DNA of 64,000 bases from positions 21,664,001 through 21,728,000 of the forward strand of contig CP086569.2 of the NCBI GenBank assembly GCA_009914755.4, written 5' to 3'. Shown here piece after piece: positions 13,300-26,862 of the stretch. This stretch comes from the human T2T-CHM13v2.0 reference genome, Homo sapiens. The first letter of the stretch is position 1. Each line of letters opens with the position of its first letter. The notes beneath the pieces are model-generated. The model was not told the DNA's origin, ran no database searches, and saw only the letters and a list, made by a program, of their open reading frames with translations. A program made the translations under genes and the position numbers.

Positions 13300-15280
13300 A
13301 GAAACAATACATAAAACTATTGAAACAGCTGCTTAAAGCTAGTGGAGACTTGGTTTCACAGGCTAAATTAAGAGACCTAATGCCAACTGTTATAGCCTAT
13401 AACCAGTTTCTCCTGAGAAATATCTTGGGTGCATACTAACTTCTTCGTCAGTAAGACCTCAAGAGTTTAAATTAAATACTAGCAACTTACCTACCTTAAA
13501 TGATTATCAGAAATTGCTAAGTGATATTAATGGTCTTCGCCCCATCTTGGGCATAACAGGTGATAAATTACAGACGTTGTTTTCTATCTTAAAAGGCAGT
13601 GCTGCCCTAGACTCTTCCAGTTATTTAACTCCTGCAGCACAATGGGAAATTGAAGAAGCAGAGCTAGCTATTTCTCAAAGACAGCTAGCTCATATTGACC
13701 CATGGTATTCAATGCAATTATTTATTTTTCCCATGAAACACTCCCCTATAGGGTTAATAGGACAGGTGGCCCCGGGGCTATGCTTTCTAGAGTGGGTTTT
13801 TTTGCTCACATTACTGGGACTAAAACACTTTCTCCCTATATCCAATTAATCAGTAAAGTCATCTATTCAGGCCATAGATGATGCAATCAGTTTCTAGGTT
13901 ATGACTTTTAATATCAACAGGATTCCTTTAAGTAAATAGCAATTTGAAGAAATATTGCCGTTATCTATAGACCTGAAAATAGCTCTCTCATTACTCAGGC
14001 CATATAGAACATGCACTTCCTTCTGACAAGCTTCTTCAGTTCTTATCTCATACTTCTGTGGTTTTGCCTACAAAAATATTTCAATCCCCCATACTTAACA
14101 CTTTAACAGTCTTTACTGATGGCTCTGGTAACCACAGAAAAGAGGCTGTCTAGTGGAGACCACATAATTCCCTCACTCATTCTGGATTTACTAGCACTTA
14201 GAGAGCTGAGATTGGAGCCTTAATATTGGCTCTCGAGCCTTTTTCCACTCAGCCCATCAATATTATTAGTGACTCTTCTTACTCTGTTTATTTATTGCAG
14301 AACCTTGAGACAGCCCTCATTAAGTCCACTCTGGAGCCCACCCTGTGTGCACATTTTTTTCTGACTTCAACAATTACTAGATCAACGTACACATCCTATT
14401 TTTGTTACACACATTCGGGCCCACAACTCACTGCCTGGCTCATTGGCTTATGGCAATGATCAAGCACACCTACGGGTTCATCTAAGCAATTTTAACTTAC
14501 CCAGAGACTAGCTAAATAAATTATCCTGCAATGCCCAGATTGCCAGCTCACAGGCACATCCCCTCCTTCAACAGGTGTTAACCCTAGTGGACTAGAACCT
14601 AATCAGTTATGGCAAACAGTTGTTACACATGTCCCTGAATTTGGAAAACTTTTATATGTACATGTATCTGTTGATACCAACTCTCATTTAATTAGCACTC
14701 ATGCTCTTCCTGGAAAGTCCACCCATTATTTCATTAAACATCTTTTAACTTTTGCATTTAGGGGGCAACCCACAAAAATTAAAACTGATAATAGTCTGGC
14801 TTATGCCAGCTCACAATTTCAACAATTTTGTCACACATGAAACATCCAACATTCCACAGGCATCCTGTATAACTCCCAAGGACAGGCCATAGTAGAACGT
14901 GCCCACTTCACCCTTAAAAATATGCTCAAAAAACAAAAAAGGGGGAATACGAGTAAGGACCCTGCAACACTACTGGCACAAGCCTTACTCTTAATTTTTT
15001 TAAATTTAGATGATAAATTTCAATCAGCTGTAGAAAAGCACTTTCCTAAACCCTCTCAACACATAAAACCTGCAGTTTTATGGAAAGATGTAAACAGTAA
15101 TGTATGGTGTTGTCTAAATGAATTGTTAATGTGGAGGAAAGGATATGCTTGTGTTCACACCCTCACAGGTCCTTCTTTGGATTCCAGCATGATGCATCAA
15201 ACCATGGGGTTACTAGGACCCAACCCAGAAATAAAGAAAATGACCCTACAGGACCCACAGCTGCGGTGATGCAGCTTCTG
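13300..15280 (+). pseudogene. pol: pol remnant: RT C-terminal/connection, RNase H, integrase. N-terminal RT, pro and gag are deleted
   Basis: ORF 13514-13849: [27 protein letters not shown] (HERV-K LLGEINWIRPTLGI...LFSILRG). ORF 14226-14459: [25 protein letters not shown] (HERV-K [26 protein letters not shown]). ORF 14922-15269: IN C-terminus ...VLWKDVNSNVW...WRKGYACV. Confidence 0.82.
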
Positions 15281-15299
15281 TGGATGACACAAGCCCTGG

Positions 15300-16690
15300 A
15301 GGATGCTGAAGAGGATCACTCAGGAGGCTGAGCGAATCTTGCTCTGGACACAGACACCATTTACTCCATGTAATTTGTTCCTTGCTATGCTCTGTGTTGT
15401 ACATTGCAGCTTGTGTAGGGTATTGATCCTTTGTATGCTCTCGCTTTGTCTGCAGCCTGTACCTGCTACACCTCTATTGGGCTCATCTCTTACACCCATC
15501 TTTCTTTCGCCTTGTCACCTGGGCAGACACCCCCTTCCCAGCCTCTAATAATGTAACTGCTTGGCTAGGAGGGATAGATTTACTCCCACTGGGGTTCCTC
15601 ATTAATGGCACACATTGGACTAAGGTGCGGGGTAACACTACATATCATCCCACTATCCTCCCACTGTATGTAAATTGTAAAAGTTCTACCCCTTACTGTG
15701 TACCCGCCCAAACACAAGTATGGCTACATCATGGCAAAGGAAATGTCTTAACAGGCTTACTTGCATATAGCCTTAAACTAGGCAATGCAATCAATGCCAC
15801 TTTCTCAAACATTCCTCACTGTGCTAAAGAACAAAAGCAAGAAAGTAATGGATTCCACTTTAGCTGAGAGGTCTGTCATGGGGAATAAGCTCGTAGCCTC
15901 CAGTTAGGCAATTGTAACATCTTAAACTGGAGCCCCCATAGCTGTTTGTAGGGTAATCATACTGATGTCCTTGTCTGTCGTGATATCAATGACAGTTTTG
16001 TAGCCACGTCCCATTCCCCTATAATTTGGTTCAAAATGGGGATGGCATGTCTCCATCCTCAAGTAAAGTCCATGCCACCCCAAGACACTTTACGGTGCCT
16101 GGGGCATCTTAGCACCCCTTTTAACACCTGGGATGGGACATATCATAATTCCAGTCACAATTATACTGTGACCTTTTTTCATAATCACCCTGATCAGTGC
16201 CTGATTTGCACACTACCCATTCATATGTTTTTCTTATGGGAGCCAATATTTCTATTATACCCCAAAACTCCACGTTTGTGACCCTCATGCAGGGACAGGC
16301 TTGGTTTGCCTCTTGTATCTCTAATTATAATGTATCTAATTTAAATATTACTAGGGTCATGGTATTGAGGAGACCATCTGACACCATCCTACCAGTCAAT
16401 TTAACCTGTGATTGGCAAGGGCAGGGAAGCTCAGAACATGCCCTGTCCCAGATCAGACACAAAAGATTCATAGTTACACTTATAGCCTTTATAGTCTCAA
16501 CCATAATCATCCTAGCAACTGCTAGTGTTGCTGTAGCATCTGTTACTGAATCAGTACAAACGGCTACTTTTCTAGATAATTTGGCCAGAAAGTTGTCTAA
16601 GAATCTTCTCTTATAGCAAGGTATAGATCTAAAGATTCCTGCATGTCTGCAAGCCCTTGAGGCTGCCTTGGAATATGTGGGGGAGTGACA
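15300..16690 (+). pseudogene. env: env remnant (SU + start of TM) with RHKR furin site (16455-16466) and fusion peptide; frameshifted across several frames
   Basis: ORFs 15303-15548 (signal-peptide-like), 15625-15867, 16036-16281, 16197-16616 (...SQIRHKRFIVTLIAFIVSTIIILATASVAVASVTESVQTA, matching HERV-K [36 protein letters not shown]). Confidence 0.78.
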
Positions 16691-17117
16691 GGACGCACTG
16701 GCATTCTGACAGCAATTAAAATGCAACTGGGAGCATAAACATGTCTCTGTTATTTCTCAACCATGGAATCAATTAATACATAGCTAGGATAAGGTGAAAC
16801 AGCACCTCTGGGGAGTCTTTCATGACAATTTAACAGTAGCCATAAAACAACATAAAACTAAAATTCCAGAACCCCTAAACGCCGTAGATCTACACGCACA
16901 ACAAACAGCCATATGGGAGGTTGTGTGAGATCATCTCTCCTGGATAGACCCCCCCAACTGCCGTGGGTCACTGCTTGATTGTAAAAGAATTTTGCTAATT
17001 ATATTCATGTTTGTCTTATTTACTAATTCTAGGATGCAAAGCCGGAATATGAGCAGTGACTGCCACCCCTGACAGACCTGTTGCATCTGTACTCTTCACT
17101 CAACAAAATCTGATGCA

Positions 17118-17139
17118 AAAAAAACAGAAACGGGGGAGA
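17118..17139 (+). promoter_or_regulatory. Polypurine tract immediately 5' of the 3' LTR
   Basis: aaaaaaacagaaacgggggaga, followed by LTR start tgtagc at 17140. Confidence 0.6.
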
Positions 17140-17885
17140 TGTAGCAATTTGTTCAGGGTGGTGGGAGAAATTATAAGAGGAAATTATATGAAAAACACAA
17201 ACTTTCTTGGAAGGACAGGTTTTGAAAAAGCTTTAGGAAAGGTTTATGGCTGAAGGCAGCCTGATCCTCTTACCTTGAGCTAATAGTAAAAAGCAAATAA
17301 CATCAGGAGGCCAAGGCAGGCGGATCACGAGTTCAAGAGTTTGAGACTATTTTGGCCAACATGGTGAAACCCCATGTCTACTACAAATGCAAAAATTACC
17401 TGGGTGTGGTGATGCGCACCTGTAATCCCAGCTACTCAGGAAGCTGAGGCAGGAGAATCACTGGAACTCAGGAAGAGGACGTTGCAGTGAGCTGAGATCA
17501 TGCAACTGCTCTCCAGCCTGGCAATAGAGCAAGACTGTCAAAAAAACAAAAAAGCAAATAACAAGGGAATGTAGAGGAGTTATAGCTTGTTTACTTATGT
17601 TGTCCTAAAACTGACTCTGATCATTTGCATGCAAGACTGCTTTCTTTGTGGAGGGCGACGAAGTTAATTACCCACAAGTGTGTTGACTCAAAGCCTTTGT
17701 TATTAAATCTGTGCTGAATAAATGACTGTAGCACCAGCATGTCAGGGCTGTGGCTGCTGACTATGGCACCCTCCTTAGTGTCTGTAGACAGCCCAGTCCC
17801 CTAGCCCACTCTTTCACTGGGTACCTGTGTCTGAGTGCATTTGTTCATCTATTGTTTGGCCAGGGTCTGTGGGTCAGACCCAGCA
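17140..17885 (+). repeat. HERV-K-like 3' LTR (~480 bp of LTR sequence plus a 261-bp Alu/TSD insertion)
   Basis: tgtagcaatttgttcagggtggtgggagaaattataag...gggtcagacccagca. About 85-90% identical to the 5' LTR by eye. Confidence 0.85.
17303..17548 (+). mobile_element. 5'-truncated Alu inserted in the 3' LTR, with a 15-bp TSD
   Basis: TSD aaaaagcaaataaca at 17288-17302 and 17549-17563. The 5' LTR has the uninterrupted site (gtaaaaggcaaataacaaggg at ~12789). Alu body ggaggccaaggcaggcggatcacgag...gcaagactgtcaaaaaaac. Confidence 0.92.
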
Positions 17886-18195
17886 TTACTCCAGCAGAGG
17901 ATTGGGATGTTTCATTATTGCCTGGTGCAATGGATATTCACACCTGGACTTTGTTGGCTTGGGTAGGTTTTTTGTTTTGCTTTGTTTTGTGTTGTGTTCT
18001 TTGGCTAAAGTAGTGTGACTATTGCATAAAAGATTTTTGTCTTAGTATGGTGTCCGTTTCCTGTCCCTGTGGCTAGAGAAGGTGGGCTTTGGGGAGACAT
18101 TTTTGTTTGGGCCTATTTACAGTTTTTAGTACTGACTCCTTCAGGACTAAGACATGTGAAATGTGAAAACCAACATGTGAAAATGTGCATTAGAG

Positions 18196-18478
18196 ACAGG
18201 GTGCTGTGGCTCACTGCTGTAATCCCAGCACTTTGGGAGGCTAAGGCGGGTGAATCACCTGCGGCTAGGAGTTCCAGACCAGCCTGTCAATATGGTAACA
18301 TGGTGAAACCCCATCTCCACAAAAGTTTACCGGGTGTGGTAATACACATCTGTAATCCCACCTACTTGAGATGCTGAGATATGAGAATTGCTTGAACCCA
18401 GAGGTGGAGGTTATAGTGAGCCAAAATTGTGCCACTGTACTTGGGCCTGGGCAATAGAGTGAGACTATCTCAAAAAAA
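18196..18478 (+). mobile_element. Alu SINE, sense
   Basis: gggtgctgtggctcactgctgtaatcccagcactttgggaggctaaggcgggtg...gagactatctcaaaaaaa. Flanked by aaaatgtgcattaga (18178-18194 and ~18498-18514). Confidence 0.9.
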
Positions 18479-18837
18479 TAAGTCAGAGAAAAGAATAAAA
18501 ATGTGCATTAGAAGACATGAAAGGTGCACTCTTGCAGGAGGCAATTAAAGGCACAAACTTGCTGGACTGCTTTGTTAGATCAAAAATAGCCCTTGCTGAT
18601 GCCAGCTGTAAAATTCCACCATGTGCTGACAGTGATGCAGTCCATGAATATAATATCACATGAGCTTTATTACTCAAGATAACACAAATGATGATTATCA
18701 TGGTTACTGAGATGGCCTAGTAGATTTAAATTGTAATGAAGAGTTTTGCCAACTAAAATCCAAATTTAAAATAACTGGGGAAATGTAACTGAGAAAATAC
18801 TGAAATATGTAGTGTGTGTTAACCTTTCTCTAGATTT

Positions 18838-18885
18838 TCTATGTGTGTATGTGTGCGTGTGTGTGAGTTTGTGTGTGCATGTGTT
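18838..18885. repeat. (GT)n-rich simple repeat
   Basis: tgtgtgtatgtgtgcgtgtgtgtgagtttgtgtgtgcatgtg. Confidence 0.85.
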
Positions 18886-19338
18886 CCCTCCTTTATGCCA
18901 TCCTAATTTGGGCCCTACTAGATTTATGCTAGACTATTTGAGAAGTTGCTTATTACCATTTCCTAACTCCAGTTCCTTTATTTTCTTTTGCCTGCTGTCA
19001 TGGTTTTGAATGTCCCCTCCAAATTTCACATTGAAATTCTCTGGCCATTGTGATAGTGTTGGGAAGTAGGACCTTTAAGAGGTGATTAGCCATGAGGGTG
19101 CACCCTCATGACTGGATTGAAGGTATTATCTGGAAAACAGGTTAATTATTGTCCAAGTGAGCTTTGGATCAAAGGATGACTTTGGCCCCAATTTTCTGTT
19201 CCTCATGTGACCTTCACCATATGATAGCCTCCTGCCATGTTGTAACATAGAAAGAAGGTCTCACCACATGCAGCCCCATGGACTTCCCAGCCTCTAGAAA
19301 CATCAGCAAAATAAGTCTCTTTACAAATTACCCAGTCA

Positions 19339-19645
19339 GGGCCAGGCGCGGTGGCTCACGCCTGTAATCCCAGCACTTTGGGAGGCCGGGGCGGGCAGAT
19401 CACGAGGTCAAGAGATTGAGACCATCCTGGCTAACACAGTGAAACCCTGTCTCTACTAAAAATACAAAAAATTGGCCGGGCGAGGTGGCGGGCGCCTGTA
19501 GTCCCAGCTACTCGGGAGGCGGAGGCAGGAGAATGGCGTGAACCCCAGGGGGCGGAGCCTGCAGTGAGCCGAGATCCTGCCACTGCACTCCAGCCTGGGA
19601 GACAGCGGGACTCCGTCTCAAAAAAAAAAAAAAAAAAAAAAAAAA
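19339..19645 (+). mobile_element. AluY-like SINE with 25-nt poly-A and 13-bp TSD
   Basis: gggccaggcgcggtggctcacgcctgtaatcccagcactttgggaggccggggcgggcagatcacgaggtc...; CpG-rich, close to the AluY consensus. TSD aattacccagtca at 19326-19338 and 19645-19657. Confidence 0.93.
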
Positions 19646-19952
19646 ATTACCCAGTCAATGGTATTTTGTTCTTGGAGCAGCAAGTAGACTAAAACCGTCT
19701 ATTATTTATTCCTTTTTAGGTAACTAAATAAACTAACTTACAAAGGAGCATGTCAAATTTCCTGTCAAATTGTCAAAAAGCCCATAAATGTTTTTAAAAC
19801 GTAGTACAATAGCCTGCCATTGAAATAAAACTCCATTTTACTCTTAGCCACATTTTTAGAAATAAGTAAAAAACAACCATAAAGGTGAACATGTAATTTT
19901 ATTGTTCAGTAAAAGAAATACAGGAATTTTTAATTTTTTGTCAATATAAATT

Positions 19953-20631
19953 TCAATCACTGTTGTGCTGCGTAAGTTGGCCCTCCTCTGATGGAAGTTC
20001 AGTTGTAATTAGGGTGATATTTGTCAAGTGAAGATAGTTATGAGCTGGCCTGGAATTAGAGGCAGCTGATGAATCAGCTATCACAGGCATTTGGAACCAC
20101 TGGTTGCCTGCTGGTAGCCAGTTAGGATAAGAAGCCTTATTGACTAATACCTCAAAATGTCTGGTTGGAAAAGCAGATGGTTCCACCATTAGCCCCGAAG
20201 AACTGTTCTGTATCGAAGTTACGATGTGGTATTGGGAAGTTGTGGTTGTAACAAAATTCATAATGTGGCCATTTGCTTGCGTTGCAGGTGCTATGAGAGT
20301 GCATATGAATAGTGGCCAACTGATTTAAAATAGCATGCTGATCTGTTGCAATTTTGTCTGATGGTCCAACTGAGGCTGAAATGGAGGAGAAAGAAAAAAC
20401 ACTTTGGATTGTTTCAGGTGAATTAGCAATTCTCTGGCTGACAATAGACTTCCTTGTTAGAGGCATATTTAAATTTGTAGAGTTAGAAAATGAACTTTCT
20501 CCACTAGTTTCAGCCACTGAGCTGGAATTATGATTATCCATGTTACCCCCTGCTCTAAAGTGCTTCTTGTTGGCATTTTCAGCAACTAAAGTAGATACAT
20601 AAGGGTTTTTAATCCCAGCTCTTCTTTTCAT
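19953..20631 (-). other. Two overlapping minus-strand ORFs (159 aa and 102 aa, a frameshift apart) in non-repeat sequence; unknown, possibly a decayed coding remnant
   Basis: ORF track: 20152-20631 (MKRRAGIKNPYVSTLVAENANKKHFRAGG...) and 19953-20261. No L1/Alu/ERV motifs recognised in 19660-20830. Ser/Asn-rich. Confidence 0.25.
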
Positions 20632-20760
20632 TCTTATTAAAAGTTGAGGACAGCCATGTTTAAAATTTGGAATATGATAGAACTGTAACTAAAACCAAAA
20701 GAAAAAGTAATTTAGTGCCATTTTAAACCAAAAGACAAGCAACAATAACAAAATGCATAA

Positions 20761-22190
<1,430 letters not shown>

Positions 22191-25100
22191 TGTTGGGAAA
22201 AAAAGCATTCAAATAGTAAAGCCCTCAAGTGTAAACATGTTGAATATTGATAGTAATGTTTCATTAAATGCCTTTCGTACCTTTATTTGGAGGTCACTTC
22301 ATTCAAAGTTGCTAGCAAAATTTCTTAAAACCCTGAAAGTTTAATACTTAAGCTGCCCTCAATGATTTTAAGAAATTAAAAACTTAAATAATTACCTTAA
22401 ATATTAAAAAATTAAATAATTTTAACCTTAATATTTTATATAATTTTCAAAATCTGACCTTACTTCATGTATTAACATGTTTACTTATGTACAAAATAAA
22501 ATACACTCTACATAAAGTGGCAACTGAAATATTTTGAATACCTTGCTTCAAACAGAGATTTTTGTTTTTCTTCTGCCAGAAGGTCAGCTAGAATATCAGA
22601 TCTTTGAAAATTCTGTGAAATTTTACTATATCCATGAAGGTTGAGCTGTTGAGCTAAGCTTTTCATACTGTCAGTTTCAAATATTCTGTAAAAGAGTCTT
22701 TCTTTCCAAAACTTCTCATTTATCACTATGCAAGTTCCATTCTTATTCCACCAAATAGAGTTGAATTGGTCACTTTGCCAAAGTTTTCTGGGTAAGATCA
22801 GAGAAAGAAAATCATTATCTTTATCTGGCTCAGAGACACAAACTATGTAACATTGCCTTTATATCAAGGATTCTTGCGACAAAACTTGAAAAGCATTTTC
22901 TTCAATTATTGGCCTTAAGTTTGCATCCCCAAGAAATGTGTGTTCATATAATGGAGACCTTAAGGCAGGCTTCTGAACCAGTTGATTCATCTTTAGGAGA
23001 AATATCTCAAGTTCCTGAAAAATATGTGCCATCTCAAACAAATTTTTCTTCAGCTACTCTTCCAGCCTGCATGGTTTTTAACACTGCACTTCAAATGCTG
23101 CCTCAGTAAGTCTATGCAGGTAAAGTAATCTAGGCCATTACAGTGGTTCTCAACTTTAGTACCAATGATATCACAAGAGGACTTTTGTCTTCTAGCAACA
23201 AATGTTAAAAAAAAAAAAAAAAATAGCCAAAAGTGTTTCCTTCCGAGTCTGAGAAATGTATCCAGTAAAAATAAAATGTAGCCTGAGTACTTACACTGTG
23301 CAATCTGCACAATCTCACTCCTGCAGAATCTTTTAAGTAAATAAGGAAATAAATAATGTCCTAAATCCCTGAAATAAATATGCTTTTCTCCCTTACACAT
23401 ATGCTCTTAATAAATTGGTGCCAGAACTATACGGCCTGGTAATTGGGCAATGCAAAAAAAAAAAAAAAAAAAAAAAATTTAAAAAGTTATGTTTATTTAA
23501 AACTAGAATGTGTATATAACATATATATTGTAAGGCATAAATTTGTTATACTCATGTGATTTAAACTATAATTATATTTAATAAAATGGTTATTTATATA
23601 TTTTACATAGTACTCTTTTAAATATATAAAAAGCTTTCCATAGTCATGTGAATGGGATATTTTAGTTAATGTTTATAAATATTTCACAAATATTTATAAA
23701 GTAAAACGAGTTTAAACAATCATATATTTTATTAAAAAGGTACCAAAAATTAAATAAAAAATAACCACAGTTTTATAAGTAAAGTAATGTTACTATTAAA
23801 ACAGTAGTAAATGTATGTTAATATTCTACCCTGAACTTCACACACAAAAAAAAACTACAAAATCTTATGTTCATTACTTAAGTTCTGTATACTTAGTTTT
23901 TTTCTTCCCCTGCCTTAAGTCTTTCCAGTCCTAACAAGGAAGAGATCTACTAATTTTGTTTATAATTCACACTTCTGTAGGTTTTGTTAAATGTTCAATA
24001 AATGTTTTAATATTTATCATATTTTTAGGAGGCGGTTCTCTCATACCTAGAAAGAAGCATCATTATAAGGACATTTTATTAGTTTCACATTTTTAAAATG
24101 TAATATTTTATAAATTATCAGTATGTAATAGAAGTATTTTTCATTAACAATCTTTAGTATATACAATCATATGTAAAGCTATAATATTTAATTAGTGATT
24201 AACTACATGTAACATAATCCATATTGGACAAAAATAAAGGAGTTAAAACAGATCAAACGGGATCGGGCCAAAATGTTGGACTACAAGAGCTCACGTGTGC
24301 TGCTATCCCGGAGAGGAGATAGAAGGGCTAGCGAGCACTGACCCTGAAGGCTGATTATCTGAGAAACCACATTAGGATTCACCAAGGCAGCAGAGGAACA
24401 CAGATAGCAGAGAGAAGTGAAGTTGTTGTACACCAGCCTGTTTGGGTTCAGTGCAGATGGGACTAGGAGAATCTCCCTGACCCTCCTGCAACCCCATCAC
24501 AATTCTAGACTGAAGCAGAGAGCCATCTGGATGTTTTACAGGGCCACTCTACAAGTCTTGGGCCCTGCAACATACCAGCATCAGTGCCACATCCCCAGGA
24601 CAGGCCACAGTTGCAGTGCCTAGGAGAAATAAGATTGTATCACCCTCTGCTTGTTGGTTGAGGCTCGGTGCCTCAGTGCCAGCTTCCAGACCAGTGGTCC
24701 TCTTACAGTGAGTTAGATAGGCAGAAATGAGCATGGCAGGACAGAGTCCCAAAGAATATCAGGTGACTGTCAGGCAATTGTCAGGTGGCTGGAAACAGGA
24801 AGAAGACAATTTTCTAACAAACACAGGATGTCTTTGGCTTGTGGGCAATCACTGCCTGATAAAAACTGAAAATGGCTAAATGTTTGATCTTCCTCTAAGG
24901 GCATGCTCAGTCATCACAGGAAAGGGCAAAATGATGGTATGCAACCCTCATATGACCTTTCTCTGGGAACACTAGACCGGTAAGAGAAAATTACCCTAAG
25001 AGATCATGCACATAACTTTAACCACCAAATGATGCATGCAGTCCCTCCCCAAAATTGGCAATATCCTCCAAAGGCAGCAATTAGCCAACAGCAAATACAT

Positions 25101-25379
25101 AGAGAATAATGAGTAGATGAGACCAGATAAAAAAGATGATAATGTAAATTTATAGGACCCCTAAGCCAAACATTGTGTGGGACACTCAATTTTTTGAATT
25201 GCTCACCAGGTGCCTTCCAATTATACTTTTCTTTTTGCTTCAGTAAACTCTTGTTTCTGCCTTAAATCTACCTGTTCCTTTTGGCCAAATTATTTCTCCC
25301 AAGAAAACAATAATCAAAGGCTGTAGAACTCACTCAGTCTTGCTGCTGATAACAGTCTCTTTGGCCCAAACTGGGCCAT

Positions 25380-26600
25380 CCACTTCACACATCCCCACCA
25401 CTGATAATCAGGCAGGCAGTGTTTGCTAGAGATTTTACCCCAGTGGTCCCCCTTTTGTGTGAACTCAGCAGGAGGGGTAGATTCCTGTTAACTAGGGAAA
25501 CACCTGGAGAGCAGAACACACAACCCTCCACTGATAGCAAGGTGGGCAACTCTTGCAATAACCTCTGGCCCAGCAATCTCACTTCTGTCTAAACTCAGCT
25601 GGAGGACACAGCTTCATCTTGTCCCAGAAAACACTGAGATGGCATAGCATGTGACACCACCTGCCATTGCCACTGGCAATCAGGCAAACAAGGCTTGCTA
25701 CAGCTTTTGGCCCAGGGACTCCATTTCTGAATAAACTTCAGCTAGAGGTTGAAATTTGCTATTAACCTGGAAACACCTGGAAGCACAGTACCACCCTGTA
25801 TGCCACCACCATAGGTAGGCAGGTGGGCAATGCCTGCTAGAGCCTATGGCCCACTCACCCTGCTTCTGTGTGAGCCCAGCCAGTGGGCTCAACCTGTTGT
25901 CCCATGAAACATCTAGATGGCAGACCAGGTGACCGAACCCACCCCTACCAATGATAGCCAGGTGGCCAACATCTGCTAGAGCTTCTAGCCCAGTAGACCT
26001 GCTTCTGTATAGACTTACCTAGAGGGCATGACTTCCTCTTGTCCCAGAAAACACCTGGATAGTACCACCTATTCCTGACACTGGTATCCAGGCAGGCAGG
26101 GAGGCAGGCAATGCTTGCTAGAGATTCAGGCCCAGCAGACACCCCTCTGGGTAAATGCACCTGGAGGGCACAGCTTACTGTTGTCATGGGAGATACCCAA
26201 AACACCCAGAAAATGGAGTGTATGACTATACTCACCACTGCCACTGGCAACCAGCCAGCTTCCCTGCTTGGATATAAATTCAGCTAAAGGATACAGCTTT
26301 CTATTGTGCCAGGAAACACCTGAATGGCAGGGCAGACATTTCTACTCATTGGTCAGGCATTGGTGGTAGCGGGATGAGTCAAACCTGCTACAGCTTCCAG
26401 TCCAACAGTACTACCTCTGCCTGAATTTGCCAAGGGACACAGACTCCTGTTGTCTGTGTTCACTCCTAGATGGCAGGGTGGACAACTCCACCCACTCCCA
26501 CCACTTGTAGCCAGATGGGTCACACCCATTAATCCTTCCAACCAGTGGACTTGCTTCTACCTGATCTTGGAGGGCAGGCACAATTCTATTTCCCAAGGAA
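25380..26600 (+). repeat. About 9 tandem units of ~135-145 bp inside the old L1 5'UTR
   Basis: A recurrent motif, ...cac(c)a.tg..a.caggc.ggcaatgc(t/c)tgctagag...ggcccag...ctgtntaaactcagctggagg.cacagctt..tcttgtcccagaaaacacctgga.ggca, recurs with tgctagag anchors at ~25426, 25553, 25697, 25838, 25972, 26116, 26390. Confidence 0.6.
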
Positions 26601-26862
26601 GCTTAGAAACAGTAGAATATAGCCAACTTTGCAAGGATACAGCTTGTTTGCCAACTGTGGCCTCTGCTTGAGGTAGCCCTGTGGACCCAAACGCCCAACA
26701 AAAGAAACATAGGCATGGAGACAGTAATTGAATTTGGTTGAATGGGTTGAAATTCTAGTTCACTCAAAGCCCCAGAGTGAACTAGAATTAAAGCCAGTCA
26801 ACCAAACACACTTTATGCCATAATCAACCCCCAAGGGGCATCAAACAAGAAAGAAGCAAAGA

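Larger units (their letters stand above)
12624..17885 (+). mobile_element. HERV-K-like (class II, betaretrovirus-like; HML-type) provirus. Layout: LTR, internally deleted pol, env remnant, LTR. Flanked by a 6-bp TSD
   Basis: Both LTRs start tgtag and end gacc(t/c)(g/a)gca. Flanks ctactc (12618-12623) and ttactc (17886-17891). Internal ORFs match HERV-K pol/env: [38 protein letters not shown] (RNase H), IN C-terminus, env RHKRFIVTLIAFIVSTIIILATASVAVASV. Confidence 0.88.

Noticed and set aside
16325-16726. 133-aa minus-strand ORF overlapping the HERV-K-like env
   Set aside because: Antisense to env sequence whose sense strand shows furin site and fusion-peptide homology. No supporting signals.
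25380-26600. Regularly spaced direct repeats that might superficially suggest a CRISPR-like array
   Set aside because: Units are ~140 bp, contiguous (no unique spacers), imperfect, and embedded in an L1 5'UTR in primate DNA. They are L1 5'UTR tandem repeats, not CRISPR.
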